This document shows positions 29,435-38,957 of a DNA stretch of 64,000 bases, piece after piece. Under the pieces are notes generated by a model. That model was not told the DNA's origin. It was given only the letters and a program-made list of their open reading frames with translations, and did not search any database. A program made the translations under genes and the position numbers. The DNA comes from Bacilli bacterium (GTDB lineage: Bacteria > Bacillota_I > Bacilli_A > RFN20 > CAG-826): positions 14,668 to 78,667 of the forward strand of contig JAKSUZ010000003.1 in NCBI GenBank assembly GCA_024408505.1, in the 5' to 3' direction. The first letter of the stretch is position 1; every line of letters begins with the position of its first letter.

Positions 29435-30868
29435 ATGGACTTTGAAGTAACAATCGGCTTAGAAATACACGTAGAGATGAAAACGAAAACAAAAATGTTT
29501 TCTGCTACACCAGTAGCTTTTGGCGCTGAGCCAAATACTTTAACTTCTCCATATGATTTAGCCTTCCCAGGAACATTACCACTTCCAAATAAGCAAGCGG
29601 TCATTAATGCGATTCAAGTATCGCACGCTTTACATATGAAGATTGATCACGAATTACATTTTGATCGCAAAAATTATTTCTATAGTGATTTACCAAAAGG
29701 TTATCAAATAACCCAAAATAGACGGCCGATTGGTTCAGACGGTTATCTTGATATTGAAGTTAACAGGAAGACTAATAGAGTTGAAATTGAAAGATTACAT
29801 TTAGAAGAAGACACCGCTAAGCAATTACATTTCCCAAACTATACTTTAATTGATTATAACCGTGCAGGCATTCCATTAATTGAAATTGTTACGCGCCCTT
29901 GTATCCATAGTAGCGATGTTGCTGCTAAATACGTTGAAACAATTCGTGAAATCGTTTCTTTCTTAGGCGTTAGTGATGGCAAAATGGAAGAAGGCCAATT
30001 ACGTTGTGATGTCAATATTTCGTTAAGAAAAACCGGCGATAAACAATATGGTACTAAAGTAGAAGTTAAAAACATTAACTCCTTTAATTACATTAAAATT
30101 GCCCTTGAATATGAAATTAATCGTCAGAAAGCCTTATTAGAAAAAGGTGAAGCAATTGTTCAAGAAACTAGACGTTATGATGAAGAACACAAAGCCACTC
30201 AATCAATGCGTTTAAAAACTGATTCAGTTGACTATAAATATTTCCCAGATGCAAATATTCCGATTATTAAACTAAGTGATGAATTTGTTAATAATGCGAT
30301 TAAGAGTAGCAAAGAACTTGCTAGCGCAAAGCGTAGTAGATATCAAAAAGAATTTAAATTAAATGATTATGATACAGGTATCATTTTAAGTAACATTCAA
30401 ATCGCGAATTACTTTGATGAATGCGCAAAGTTAAGTAAGCACTATAAAAGCATTGCAAACTGGATTATTAGTGATATTCTCGCAATTTTAAATAAAAACG
30501 CTTTAACTATTGATCAATTCGAAATTAAGCCAAAAACATTAGTGAGTCTTATTGAAGAAATTGAATCAGGAAAAATTTCAAATAAAATCGGTCGCGAAAT
30601 TTTTAACTATATGATTAACAATCATGTTGATATAAAAACTGCAAAAGAAAAATTAAATATCACTAACCAACAATCGGATGATAAAGCGATTCGCACTTTA
30701 GTAATTGAAGTATTGGATAATAATGCTCAATCAATTAAGGATTATCATGCTGGTAAAGATAGAGCATTAGGATTTTTAATTGGTCAAGTGATGAAAAAGA
30801 GTGGTGGTAAAGTTAATCCAGCATTAACTAGCAAAATTATGATTGAAGAATTAAATCGGAGGAAATAA
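29435..30868 (+). CDS. gatB: Asp/Glu-tRNA amidotransferase subunit B
   Basis: N-terminus FEVTIGLEIHVE, DYNRAGIPLIEIV, and a C-terminal YqeY-like tail. Confidence 0.95.
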   Translation: MDFEVTIGLEIHVEMKTKTKMFSATPVAFGAEPNTLTSPYDLAFPGTLPLPNKQAVINAIQVSHALHMKIDHELHFDRKNYFYSDLPKGYQITQNRRPIGSDGYLDIEVNRKTNRVEIERLHLEEDTAKQLHFPNYTLIDYNRAGIPLIEIVTRPCIHSSDVAAKYVETIREIVSFLGVSDGKMEEGQLRCDVNISLRKTGDKQYGTKVEVKNINSFNYIKIALEYEINRQKALLEKGEAIVQETRRYDEEHKATQSMRLKTDSVDYKYFPDANIPIIKLSDEFVNNAIKSSKELASAKRSRYQKEFKLNDYDTGIILSNIQIANYFDECAKLSKHYKSIANWIISDILAILNKNALTIDQFEIKPKTLVSLIEEIESGKISNKIGREIFNYMINNHVDIKTAKEKLNITNQQSDDKAIRTLVIEVLDNNAQSIKDYHAGKDRALGFLIGQVMKKSGGKVNPALTSKIMIEELNRRK

Positions 30869-30870
30869 TA

Positions 30871-31887
30871 ATGAAGATTTGTGTAACTGGCGGAATGGGT
30901 TATATCGGCTCTCACACTGTAATTGAATTAATCAAAGAAGGACATGATCCGGTTATTGTGGATAATTTAGTTAATTCAAATGCGGAAGTGTTAAATCGAA
31001 TTCAAAAAATTACCAAGATCAAGCCGAAATTTTATCAAATCGATGTCCGCGATGAAGAGAAACTTGATGCCTGTTTTAAACAAGAAGGGTTTGATGTTGT
31101 TATTCATTTCGCGGGTTTAAAATCGGTAGGCGAATCAGTTCAAAAACCAGATTTATATTATGACAATAATATTGGTTCAAGTAAGACTCTTATTAAAGTC
31201 ATGAAAAAATATAATGTAAAAAATATTATCTTCTCTAGTAGCGCAACAGTTTATGGTGTTCCAAAACATGTTCCATTAGTTGAAACTGATCCAGTTGGCA
31301 AAGCGGCGAACCCATATGGTCAAACTAAAATTGAAATTGAAAAGATTTTAATTAACGAAGCTGAACAAGATGGGAAAATGAATGTTGTTTTACTTCGTTA
31401 TTTTAATCCAGTTGGTGCACATGAAAGTGGATTAATTGGCGAAGATCCTAATGATATCCCAAATAATCTAATGCCTTACATTACTCAAGTTGCAGTTGGT
31501 CGTAGAGAACAATTAACCATCTTTGGTAATGATTATCCAACTAAAGACGGAACTTGTATTCGTGACTATATTCATGTAGTTGATTTAGCGCTTGGTCATT
31601 TAGCCGCTCTTAAAGCGATTAAAGAGAATTGGGGCTTAAAGATTTATAATCTTGGTACTGGTAAAGGCACAAGTGTACTTGAACTCGTAAAAGCGTTTAA
31701 TGAAGTTAATAACTTAAATATCAAATATCAATTTGGTGCACGTCGTCCGGGTGATGTAGTCGAAAATTATGCGAATGCGGATAAAGCTTTAAAAGAATTA
31801 AATTGGAAAGCAACACACAATATTATTGATATGTGTCGCGATGCTTATCGTTGGCAAAAGCAAAATCCACAAGGTTACAAAAAGTAA
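30871..31887 (+). CDS. galE: UDP-glucose 4-epimerase
   Basis: GGMGYIGSH Rossmann motif, SSSATVYG, and YGQTK catalytic Y-x3-K. Confidence 0.9.
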   Translation: MKICVTGGMGYIGSHTVIELIKEGHDPVIVDNLVNSNAEVLNRIQKITKIKPKFYQIDVRDEEKLDACFKQEGFDVVIHFAGLKSVGESVQKPDLYYDNNIGSSKTLIKVMKKYNVKNIIFSSSATVYGVPKHVPLVETDPVGKAANPYGQTKIEIEKILINEAEQDGKMNVVLLRYFNPVGAHESGLIGEDPNDIPNNLMPYITQVAVGRREQLTIFGNDYPTKDGTCIRDYIHVVDLALGHLAALKAIKENWGLKIYNLGTGKGTSVLELVKAFNEVNNLNIKYQFGARRPGDVVENYANADKALKELNWKATHNIIDMCRDAYRWQKQNPQGYKK

Positions 31888-31905
31888 TCCTTTAAGTGAG
31901 GATAT

Positions 31906-33600
31906 ATGGAGCAGGCGGATATAGTAGATAATAACCAGACTAGTAAAAAGACGCCTAAACTTCGTCGCAATTTTATTTTTAACATTATCTACCAAGTTCT
32001 TGTTGTCTTAACTCCTCTTATCACCGCTCCTTATATTGCGCGTGTATTAGGAGCTAACAATATTGGTCAATTCTCTTTTGCCTATACATTAGTTAGTTAC
32101 TTTGTTATTTTTGCTTATCTTGGTTTTGAAAATTATGCTCAACGAGCAATTGCTGAAGTGCAAGATGATAAAGAAGAACAAAGTCGCCGTTTTTGGCAAA
32201 TTGTAATTCTTCGTTCTTTCATGGTGGTAGGCACGCTCGGTCTTCTCTTTATTCTTTATTCACTTAATGTTTTTGGTGAATACTCTTCTTTAATTCTAAT
32301 GTTCTCGTTATTAATTGCGGCCGCTGCATTTGATATCAATTTCTATTTCCATGGTCGCGAAAACTTCTTTGTTGTGATGATCATTAATTTATTTATTCGT
32401 CTTATTTATTTATTCTGTATCTTTATGTTTATTCGTTCACCAAGTGATTTAACCTTATATGCGCTTTTATATTCATTAATGGTGATTGGTGGTTATTTAT
32501 CAATGTGGGCATTACTTCCTACTACTTTAAAGAAAGTAAAATTGCATGGTTTAAATTTTAAAAAGCATGTCGGCCCATCTTTATTATTATTTTTACCAGT
32601 CGCGGCTGTTTCAATTTATGCATTACTTGATAAAACCTTTATTGGTATTTTGATTTCTGGGCAACAATGGTATCCACAAGGAAATATAACAATCGTGGTT
32701 CCTATTGCTCAAGTGGAAAATGGTTATTATTTCCAAGCTGAAAAAATTATTAAAGCTCTGCTTTCAATCCTTTTAGCGGTTGGCATGGTTATGACTACTC
32801 GTAATACGATTGAATTTAAAAATAACCATATGGGAGCAGTTAAGACTAATGTTTATCGTGGATTCCGTTTTGTCTTTGCATTAGGCATTCCGATGATGTT
32901 TGGAACTATTGTTGTAGCGGAAGCTTTTTCAACTTTATATTTTGGTCCTAATTATTCAATGTATCCGCAATTTCCGATTGATGGGGTTGCTAATTTATTA
33001 ATGTTATACACACCAGTTATTATTTTCTCAGGTTGTAGTAACGTTTTGGGCTCACAATATCTATTACCAACTAAACGAGACAAAGAATATACCATCTCAG
33101 TTGTAATTGGTTTTGTATTTAACATTGCCTTTAACTGCTCACTTATTCCTAGTATGGGCGCAAGTGGCGCAATTGTTGGTACACTCATTTCTGAATTTGT
33201 CATCGCCTTTGTTCAATATTTGTTTGTAGCTAAAGACTTCTCGCTACGAATTATCTTTATGAACATTTGGAAGTATGTTTTAGCGGGTATTGTTATGTGT
33301 GGTGTTGCTTGTCCACTTTATTATTTCGTTTTAAGAGATAGCCCAACAAATAACATTACTAATTTAGTTATTTTAATTCCTACCGGTGTTAGCATTTATT
33401 ACTTAGTCCTTTTAATTCTCCGTGATCACGAAATCTTTAGATACACAAAAGTTGCCTTTACGGGTATGGGTCGTTTCTTTAAACAAACTGCGAGTTTCTT
33501 AGTAACCGTTGCTTCCACTACCCACTTCAACCAAATCACTAACCGTGAAGTTACTAGTTATACAAGCGTGGAGAATAATAATGAAGAAACAAGAGAGTAG
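31906..33600 (+). CDS. Polysaccharide/oligosaccharide flippase (MOP superfamily, Wzx-like)
   Basis: 564 aa, about 14 TM segments. The start of the polytopic region, RNFIFNIIYQVLVVLTPLITAPYIARVLG, is typical of the family. Confidence 0.75.
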   Translation: MEQADIVDNNQTSKKTPKLRRNFIFNIIYQVLVVLTPLITAPYIARVLGANNIGQFSFAYTLVSYFVIFAYLGFENYAQRAIAEVQDDKEEQSRRFWQIVILRSFMVVGTLGLLFILYSLNVFGEYSSLILMFSLLIAAAAFDINFYFHGRENFFVVMIINLFIRLIYLFCIFMFIRSPSDLTLYALLYSLMVIGGYLSMWALLPTTLKKVKLHGLNFKKHVGPSLLLFLPVAAVSIYALLDKTFIGILISGQQWYPQGNITIVVPIAQVENGYYFQAEKIIKALLSILLAVGMVMTTRNTIEFKNNHMGAVKTNVYRGFRFVFALGIPMMFGTIVVAEAFSTLYFGPNYSMYPQFPIDGVANLLMLYTPVIIFSGCSNVLGSQYLLPTKRDKEYTISVVIGFVFNIAFNCSLIPSMGASGAIVGTLISEFVIAFVQYLFVAKDFSLRIIFMNIWKYVLAGIVMCGVACPLYYFVLRDSPTNNITNLVILIPTGVSIYYLVLLILRDHEIFRYTKVAFTGMGRFFKQTASFLVTVASTTHFNQITNREVTSYTSVENNNEETRE

Positions 33601-34060
33601 CACTCATCTAATTGCGAGTAATCGTAAAGCGCACTATAACTATTTATTAAGTGATTTTTTAGAATGTGGTATTGCTCTAACTGGAACTGAAATTAAAGCC
33701 ATACGTTTACATGGCGTAACGCTTCAAGATGCTTATGTTGTTTTTAAAAACGATGAAGCTTTTATTATTAATATGCATATTGCGCCTTATGAAAAAGGCA
33801 ACATCTTTAATCATGATCCACTTCGCACTAGAAAACTTCTTATGCACAAAAAAGAAATTATTCGTTATCGAGTTAGCGTGGACACAAAAGGCCAAGTCTT
33901 AATTCCAACGAAAGCTTATTTTAAAAAAGGTCGTGCTAAAATAGAAATCGCTTTGGGTAAACCAAAGAAACTATTCGATAAACGCGAATCAATTAAAAAG
34001 AAGGATCAACAACGCGAAATCAGAAAAGTTATTAAAAATAAAGGAAAGCCCATATATTAG
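33581..34060 (+). CDS. smpB: SsrA-binding protein SmpB
   Basis: NRKAHYNY...GTEIKAIR...LLMHKKEI motifs. Start at ATG 33581 with a GGAG SD, overlapping the flippase end by 20 nt. Confidence 0.9.
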   Translation: MKKQESSTHLIASNRKAHYNYLLSDFLECGIALTGTEIKAIRLHGVTLQDAYVVFKNDEAFIINMHIAPYEKGNIFNHDPLRTRKLLMHKKEIIRYRVSVDTKGQVLIPTKAYFKKGRAKIEIALGKPKKLFDKRESIKKKDQQREIRKVIKNKGKPIY

Positions 34061-34061
34061 T

Positions 34062-34829
34062 ATGTTTAAGTTAAGCGTATTACAAAGAATGACATTTACC
34101 GCTCTTATGATTGCTTTCTATATGGTAGCAACTCGTTTTATTATGGTTCCAGTAACACAAGCGGTTAGATTAAGTGCCGGTGTTGCAATTTTAATTTTTT
34201 CTTCAATTTTACTTGGTCCAATTAGTGGAGCGGTTATTGGTATTGCTGGTGATTTAATTGGAATCGCTATATCACCATATTTAGGAATGGCTTATAACCC
34301 CTTGATGACTATTTCCTATGGTTTAATGGGTGCAACTCCAGGACTACTTATGATGATGTTTAGAAAAATAAAGGCTAAAGATTTAATCTATTCAATTATG
34401 TTTTTTGCTTTGTTAGGTGTGATTGTTATTTCTTTAACTATTTATATGGGGATTGCGGATGGAGTTGAGTTATTCGGTCGTTCATTTACATTTAATCTCG
34501 CAGCAAGAATAGTAGTGCCTATTGTTGCGCTTATTATAATGGGACTATTTGCTTTATTTACCTATTTCCTTAATCGTCGCTTTAAAAAAAGAAGAGAAGA
34601 GAATCCTAATCTTCCTTCACCATACCAAATTTCTTTTATTGTGGTGGTAATTGAAGTAGTGTTCACTTTATTTATTAATGTTTTCGCGAAGATGTGGATG
34701 ATTGAAATGACATTTGAAACGATTTTCTTCCCAAGTTTATTTATTGCTTTTATTTATTTACCTGTGAATACTTTAATTGTGACTTATTTATGTTTCTTAG
34801 CAGTCAAAGTAGTGAGGACTAGAGAATAA
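34062..34829 (+). CDS. ECF-transporter S-component-like membrane protein (FolT-like N-terminus, extended)
   Basis: Hydrophobic 255-aa protein. N-terminal LSVLQRMTFTALMIAFYMVATRF resembles folate-family S components. Confidence 0.5.
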   Translation: MFKLSVLQRMTFTALMIAFYMVATRFIMVPVTQAVRLSAGVAILIFSSILLGPISGAVIGIAGDLIGIAISPYLGMAYNPLMTISYGLMGATPGLLMMMFRKIKAKDLIYSIMFFALLGVIVISLTIYMGIADGVELFGRSFTFNLAARIVVPIVALIIMGLFALFTYFLNRRFKKRREENPNLPSPYQISFIVVVIEVVFTLFINVFAKMWMIEMTFETIFFPSLFIAFIYLPVNTLIVTYLCFLAVKVVRTRE

Positions 34830-34942
34830 TGAATCATGACGATAATGATGGTTTCCATATAAACAAACCTTTGCTCATAGTTAGCATTGTCTTATTAGTG
34901 GTAATAATTGTTTTAGCGGTTGTGCTAAAAACGGTTTTATAA
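34829..34942 (+). CDS. Possible 37-aa single-TM peptide, TAATG-coupled to the preceding gene
   Basis: MNHDDNDGFHINKPLLIVSIVLLVVIIVLAVVLKTVL. The call rests on the start/stop overlap only. Confidence 0.35.
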   Translation: MNHDDNDGFHINKPLLIVSIVLLVVIIVLAVVLKTVL

Positions 34943-34973
34943 TAACTTTGTTATTAAAAAAGTTAACTAAAAC

Positions 34974-35002
34974 TTGACACTCTTTTGTAAAATCCATATG
35001 AT
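34974..35002 (+). promoter_or_regulatory. Sigma-A promoter of rplM-rpsI with a ~70-nt 5' UTR
   Basis: TTGACA (34974-34979), 17 nt spacer, TATGAT (34997-35002). Confidence 0.7.
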
Positions 35003-35080
35003 AATAAGCACGGCTTTAAAATTACTACACAATAATTTAGTCCCGGTAAGAATAAATTACGTTAGTAAAGGAGTTTAGTT

Positions 35081-35533
35081 ATGCAACGTCAAACAACGAT
35101 AGCCAAAAACAAAGACATTAAACGGACTTGGTATTTAGTGGATGCTAAAGATCAACCATTAGGTCGCTTAGCGAGTGAAATCGCAATTTTAATCATGGGT
35201 AAGAATAAAGCAATTTATACACCCAACACTGATTGTGGCGACTACGTGATTGTGATTAATGCGAAACATGTTGCTTTAAGTGGCAATAAAATCCATAACA
35301 AGAAATACTATAACGTCTCTGGCTTTGCGGGTGGTCTTAGAACTAGAACCGCTGGGGAAATGCTTGAACGCTATCCTGAAGAAATGATGACTCGGGCTGT
35401 TTGGGGAATGATCCCAAAAGGTCCATTAGGTCGTCAAATGATTAAAAAACTTTTTGTGTTCCCAGAAGAGAAACACGATAAAGAAGCACAAAAGCCAGTT
35501 AAGTACGAAGTCAAGTATGGAGGTAAGAAGTAA
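35081..35533 (+). CDS. rplM: 50S ribosomal protein L13
   Basis: Conserved N-terminus ...[18 protein letters not shown], located upstream of rpsI. Confidence 0.95.
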   Translation: MQRQTTIAKNKDIKRTWYLVDAKDQPLGRLASEIAILIMGKNKAIYTPNTDCGDYVIVINAKHVALSGNKIHNKKYYNVSGFAGGLRTRTAGEMLERYPEEMMTRAVWGMIPKGPLGRQMIKKLFVFPEEKHDKEAQKPVKYEVKYGGKK

Positions 35534-35919
35534 TGGCAGAACAATTTTTAGGAACCGGTAGACGTAAATCAAGCGTCGCCCGCGTGGTCCTTAAGAAAGG
35601 TAAAGGCAAAATTACCGTCAATGGTAAAGATGTCAATAAATACATGCCTTACGAGACCTTAGTCATCGATTTAAAACAACCATTAGTCTTAACCGGTAAT
35701 GCGGAAAAGTACGATGTGGTGGTTAATGTCTACGGTGGTGGCTTTACTGGCCAAGCAGGTGCAATCCGTTTAGGTATTGCTCGTGCACTTCTAAATAGCG
35801 GTGCGGACCGCCAAACACTCAAGGATGCTGGTTTATTAACCCGTGATTCAAGAGCAAAAGAAAGAAAGAAGTATGGCTTAAAAGGTGCACGTCGTGCCCC
35901 ACAATTCAGTAAGCGTTAA
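35533..35919 (+). CDS. rpsI: 30S ribosomal protein S9
   Basis: [12 protein letters not shown] ... [19 protein letters not shown] ... [18 protein letters not shown]. Confidence 0.95.
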   Translation: MAEQFLGTGRRKSSVARVVLKKGKGKITVNGKDVNKYMPYETLVIDLKQPLVLTGNAEKYDVVVNVYGGGFTGQAGAIRLGIARALLNSGADRQTLKDAGLLTRDSRAKERKKYGLKGARRAPQFSKR

Positions 35920-35934
35920 TCTTACATTAAATCT

Positions 35935-35962
35935 AAAAGCACTCCTCTTGGGGTGCTTTTAA
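35935..35962 (+). terminator. Rho-independent terminator after rpsI
   Basis: AAGCACTCC / GGGGTGCTT stem followed by TTTT. Confidence 0.75.
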
Positions 35963-35988
35963 TTTATAATTAAAGAAGAGGTATATTT

Positions 35989-37188
35989 ATGGATTATAGT
36001 TACATTAAACGTTTCCAAGACTTAGGTTTTGGTCTTTTTATTCATTTTGGCTTATATAGCATTATCGGTAAAGGTGAATGGCATTGGTTTTCAGATCCAA
36101 AAGCAAAGAAAGAGGAATATTGGCAACTACCAAAGAAGTTTGTAGTTCATCCAGAATGGGCAAAGAAATTAGTCGCAGTAGCTAAAAAATCTGGTGTTAA
36201 ATATATTTGTTTAACCACCCGTCATCATGAAGGTTTCTCTTTATATGATACTTGTGGACTTAATGAATTTGATGCACCACACAGCGCTTCTCATCGTGAT
36301 TTAATTAAAGAATTTGTGGATGCATGTAACGAAGCAGGAATCGTTCCTTTCTTTTATCACACCTTACTTGATTGGTATCAAAAAAGTTACAACGATAATT
36401 TTGATGAATATTTAGATTATCTATATAAAAGTGTAGAAATCTTATGCACTAAATACGGAAAGATTGGTGGATTCTGGTTTGATGGTTTTTGGAATAAACC
36501 AAATGCTGATTGGAAATTTGATCGTCTTTATCAGATGATTAAGAAATATCAACCCGATGCAATGATTGTAAATAACACCGGCCTTGATGATCAAGGCAGA
36601 GTCTCTCATCCATTAATTGATAGTGTTACTTTTGAACGTGGTAAGCCAAGTTTCGTGGATAATAGTGATCGTCCACGCGCTGGTGAGATGTGCGAAAGTA
36701 TGAATGACCATTGGGGATATACTAAAAAAGATTATACCTATAAACCCGTTACACGTTTAATTGATACTTTATTAACATGTCGCGAATGCAATTGCAATTT
36801 CTTACTTAATATCGGACCTAGAGCAAATGGAACATTGCCACCAGTAGAAAAACAATTCTTATTAGCAATTGGTGATTGGATTAAAATTAACAAGAATTTT
36901 ATTTATCACATTAGGCCAACTGATATTACTGCGACTAATGCGACGATTGTGAAAGATGAAAATCATTATTATGCAATTATCCGTGATGTTCCAATGCAAG
37001 CAAATGAAAGCGTTGCACGTATTCTAGCAGAAAGAATCGTCACCATTAACACTGATAAAAAAGTAAAGAATGCTAAATATTTAGACAATTCACATCGTAT
37101 AAAAATGGATAACAATCAATTCAAAGTTGAATCATTTGGATATGGCGTTAGTATGTACGCTCGAGTCGTACAATTTGATTTAGAATAA
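35989..37188 (+). CDS. Alpha-L-fucosidase (GH29)
   Basis: FGLFIHFGLYS, TTRHHEGFSLYDT and WFDG motifs. Confidence 0.85.
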   Translation: MDYSYIKRFQDLGFGLFIHFGLYSIIGKGEWHWFSDPKAKKEEYWQLPKKFVVHPEWAKKLVAVAKKSGVKYICLTTRHHEGFSLYDTCGLNEFDAPHSASHRDLIKEFVDACNEAGIVPFFYHTLLDWYQKSYNDNFDEYLDYLYKSVEILCTKYGKIGGFWFDGFWNKPNADWKFDRLYQMIKKYQPDAMIVNNTGLDDQGRVSHPLIDSVTFERGKPSFVDNSDRPRAGEMCESMNDHWGYTKKDYTYKPVTRLIDTLLTCRECNCNFLLNIGPRANGTLPPVEKQFLLAIGDWIKINKNFIYHIRPTDITATNATIVKDENHYYAIIRDVPMQANESVARILAERIVTINTDKKVKNAKYLDNSHRIKMDNNQFKVESFGYGVSMYARVVQFDLE

Positions 37189-38607
37189 TTAATCAACAAC
37201 TTTAATCGGAGTAACGATATTCTTAACCCATTTATTGGTTTTATAACGCCAAAAATTAATAGGACATTTAATCACTTCTTCAAGTTGTAAACACGCAAAC
37301 ACTGCGATTGGATGCCATCCACAATTAACGCCGATAAATCCAAGTCCTACTGGAATTGTCCACACAACGGCATCAAGAATACTAACGTATAAGTTATCAC
37401 CGCCAACAGTTAGGATTCCGTTTTCGATTGGTCCGTTAAATCCACGAGGAATAGTAATACAAGAAACAATGATGGTGAAATATAAAAGATAACTAGCCAC
37501 TAATTTACTGTCTCCTGGTCCAGGGTTACCAACCGCTGAATGTGTATAGAAAATTATTGGATATGATAACATCATCGCTACCACAGCAAAGATAGTTAAT
37601 GCAGTAGTAAAACGAAGAATTTGTTTTGAAGTAGATTTAGCATCTTCTAGTTTGTTAGCGCCTAATTGACGGCCAACGATAACACTAACTGTTGGAGCTA
37701 CGCAGTTTGGAACACTCATGACAATATTAATCGCATTTGATAAAAGAGCATTGGCGGCACTAATAGCTTCAGCATCATTAGCAGGGACGCCAGCTGCTTT
37801 TTGACTGGCCACTAATTGACCTAAGACAACCGAAATCATTAAGAAACCAGTTGCCCAACTTAATTTAGCAAGTGTTAACGGACCGCCACGCTTAAAGAAC
37901 TCTTTAAATAATTTAGAATCCCATTTGATAAAGTTTTTAAAATGAAATTTGATTTGCCCTTTCATTTGAACAAATACAATATTAAGTATCATCTCAATAC
38001 CGCGAGCAATAACCGTTGATGCAGCGATACCTTCTAGACCCATATCAACACCAAAGATAAAGACTCCGTTTAAGCTAGCTAAGACAACTAATGTAATTAA
38101 TGAGTTAATGGTTGCTAGTCTTTCAAGACCAGTGTTTTTCATAAAGCAATAATAAATTAATGAAAAACCATTAAATAGTAATGAGATCGCAAATATCCTT
38201 AAATATTTAGTGCCAAAATTAATAGCTTCTGTTTGACCTGGAATAAAGATTGAAATTAATTGGCTAGGAATCGCCATTGCTAAGACAAAAAAGATAATTG
38301 ATAAAACCGCAACTATCTTTAACGATAAGTAAAAGTCTTTTTCAACATCATCGTATTTACCTTTTCCATAGTGCTGCGAAATAAATAGATTTCCGATAAA
38401 CACTAATGCACCCACGGTAATGCTAAACATAAAATATACATTGCCTGCAGTGCCAACGCCAGTTATAACCTCTTGGGTTTGAAATGGGTTGAACATCAAT
38501 GCCGTTAAGAAACTAGTAACGACTAGAATTGCTTCTTGTAAGAAAAATGGGATTGCTAAAGAGAAGACTTGCTTACGTAATCCCTTGTCTTTAAAAATTA
38601 AACTCAT
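37189..38607 (-). CDS. MATE family efflux transporter
   Basis: 12-TM protein with a MATE-like N-terminus (LRKQVFSLAIPFFLQE). The start is taken at ATG 38607, 8 nt after TATAAT on the minus strand (38621-38616). Confidence 0.8.
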   Translation of the reverse strand: MSLIFKDKGLRKQVFSLAIPFFLQEAILVVTSFLTALMFNPFQTQEVITGVGTAGNVYFMFSITVGALVFIGNLFISQHYGKGKYDDVEKDFYLSLKIVAVLSIIFFVLAMAIPSQLISIFIPGQTEAINFGTKYLRIFAISLLFNGFSLIYYCFMKNTGLERLATINSLITLVVLASLNGVFIFGVDMGLEGIAASTVIARGIEMILNIVFVQMKGQIKFHFKNFIKWDSKLFKEFFKRGGPLTLAKLSWATGFLMISVVLGQLVASQKAAGVPANDAEAISAANALLSNAINIVMSVPNCVAPTVSVIVGRQLGANKLEDAKSTSKQILRFTTALTIFAVVAMMLSYPIIFYTHSAVGNPGPGDSKLVASYLLYFTIIVSCITIPRGFNGPIENGILTVGGDNLYVSILDAVVWTIPVGLGFIGVNCGWHPIAVFACLQLEEVIKCPINFWRYKTNKWVKNIVTPIKVVD

Positions 38608-38640
38608 ATTCAACAATTATACTGGTTTTGTGTACAAAAT

Positions 38641-38664
38641 AAAAGCGCCCATTAGGGCGCCTTT
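38641..38664 (-). terminator. Terminator after the ferredoxin gene
   Basis: GCGCCC-ATTA-GGGCGC hairpin with a T run on the minus strand. Confidence 0.7.
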
Positions 38665-38678
38665 AGTTAATAAGCTAC

Positions 38679-38852
38679 TTAGCCTTCAATTGCACCAACT
38701 GGGCAATTGCCTTTTACTTCTTCTGGTTTTTCAACCTCTTTAATGCATTCGGCTTTTCCTTCTGCATCAAAAGTGAATGCCTCTGGTAAGGCACCGACGC
38801 ACGCACCGCATCCGATGCAGACATCTTTATTAACTTTTAATTTAACTGCCAT
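38679..38852 (-). CDS. fdx: Small 4Fe-4S ferredoxin (57 aa), missed by the ORF track
   Basis: MAVKLKVNKDVCIGCGACVGALPEAF...GNCPVGAIEG. GGAGGT SD and TGaTATAAT promoter (38888-38880, minus strand). Confidence 0.85.
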   Translation of the reverse strand: MAVKLKVNKDVCIGCGACVGALPEAFTFDAEGKAECIKEVEKPEEVKGNCPVGAIEG

Positions 38853-38957
38853 AGTGTATTACCTCCAACAGCAAGATAAATTATATCATTAAAAAACAAA
38901 TCAAGTAAAATTCTCTTTATATTTGAAAAAATTCTATTTTAATGTTATTTTAGATTT

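Noticed and set aside
33581-34100. tmRNA (ssrA) expected next to smpB
   Set aside because: There is no intergenic space or tRNA-like acceptor/T-arm sequence on either side of smpB, so ssrA must be elsewhere.
35003-35080. Ribosomal-protein L13 leader (autoregulatory RNA) in the rplM 5' UTR
   Set aside because: A ~70-nt UTR exists downstream of a good promoter, but I cannot recognise a conserved structure by eye, so I left it as part of the promoter/UTR feature.
38489-38892. Plus-strand ORFs 38489..38743 and 38707..38892
   Set aside because: They overlap the MATE start, a terminator and the minus-strand ferredoxin gene, which has a textbook CxxCxxC...CP motif, an SD and a promoter. The plus-strand translations are featureless.
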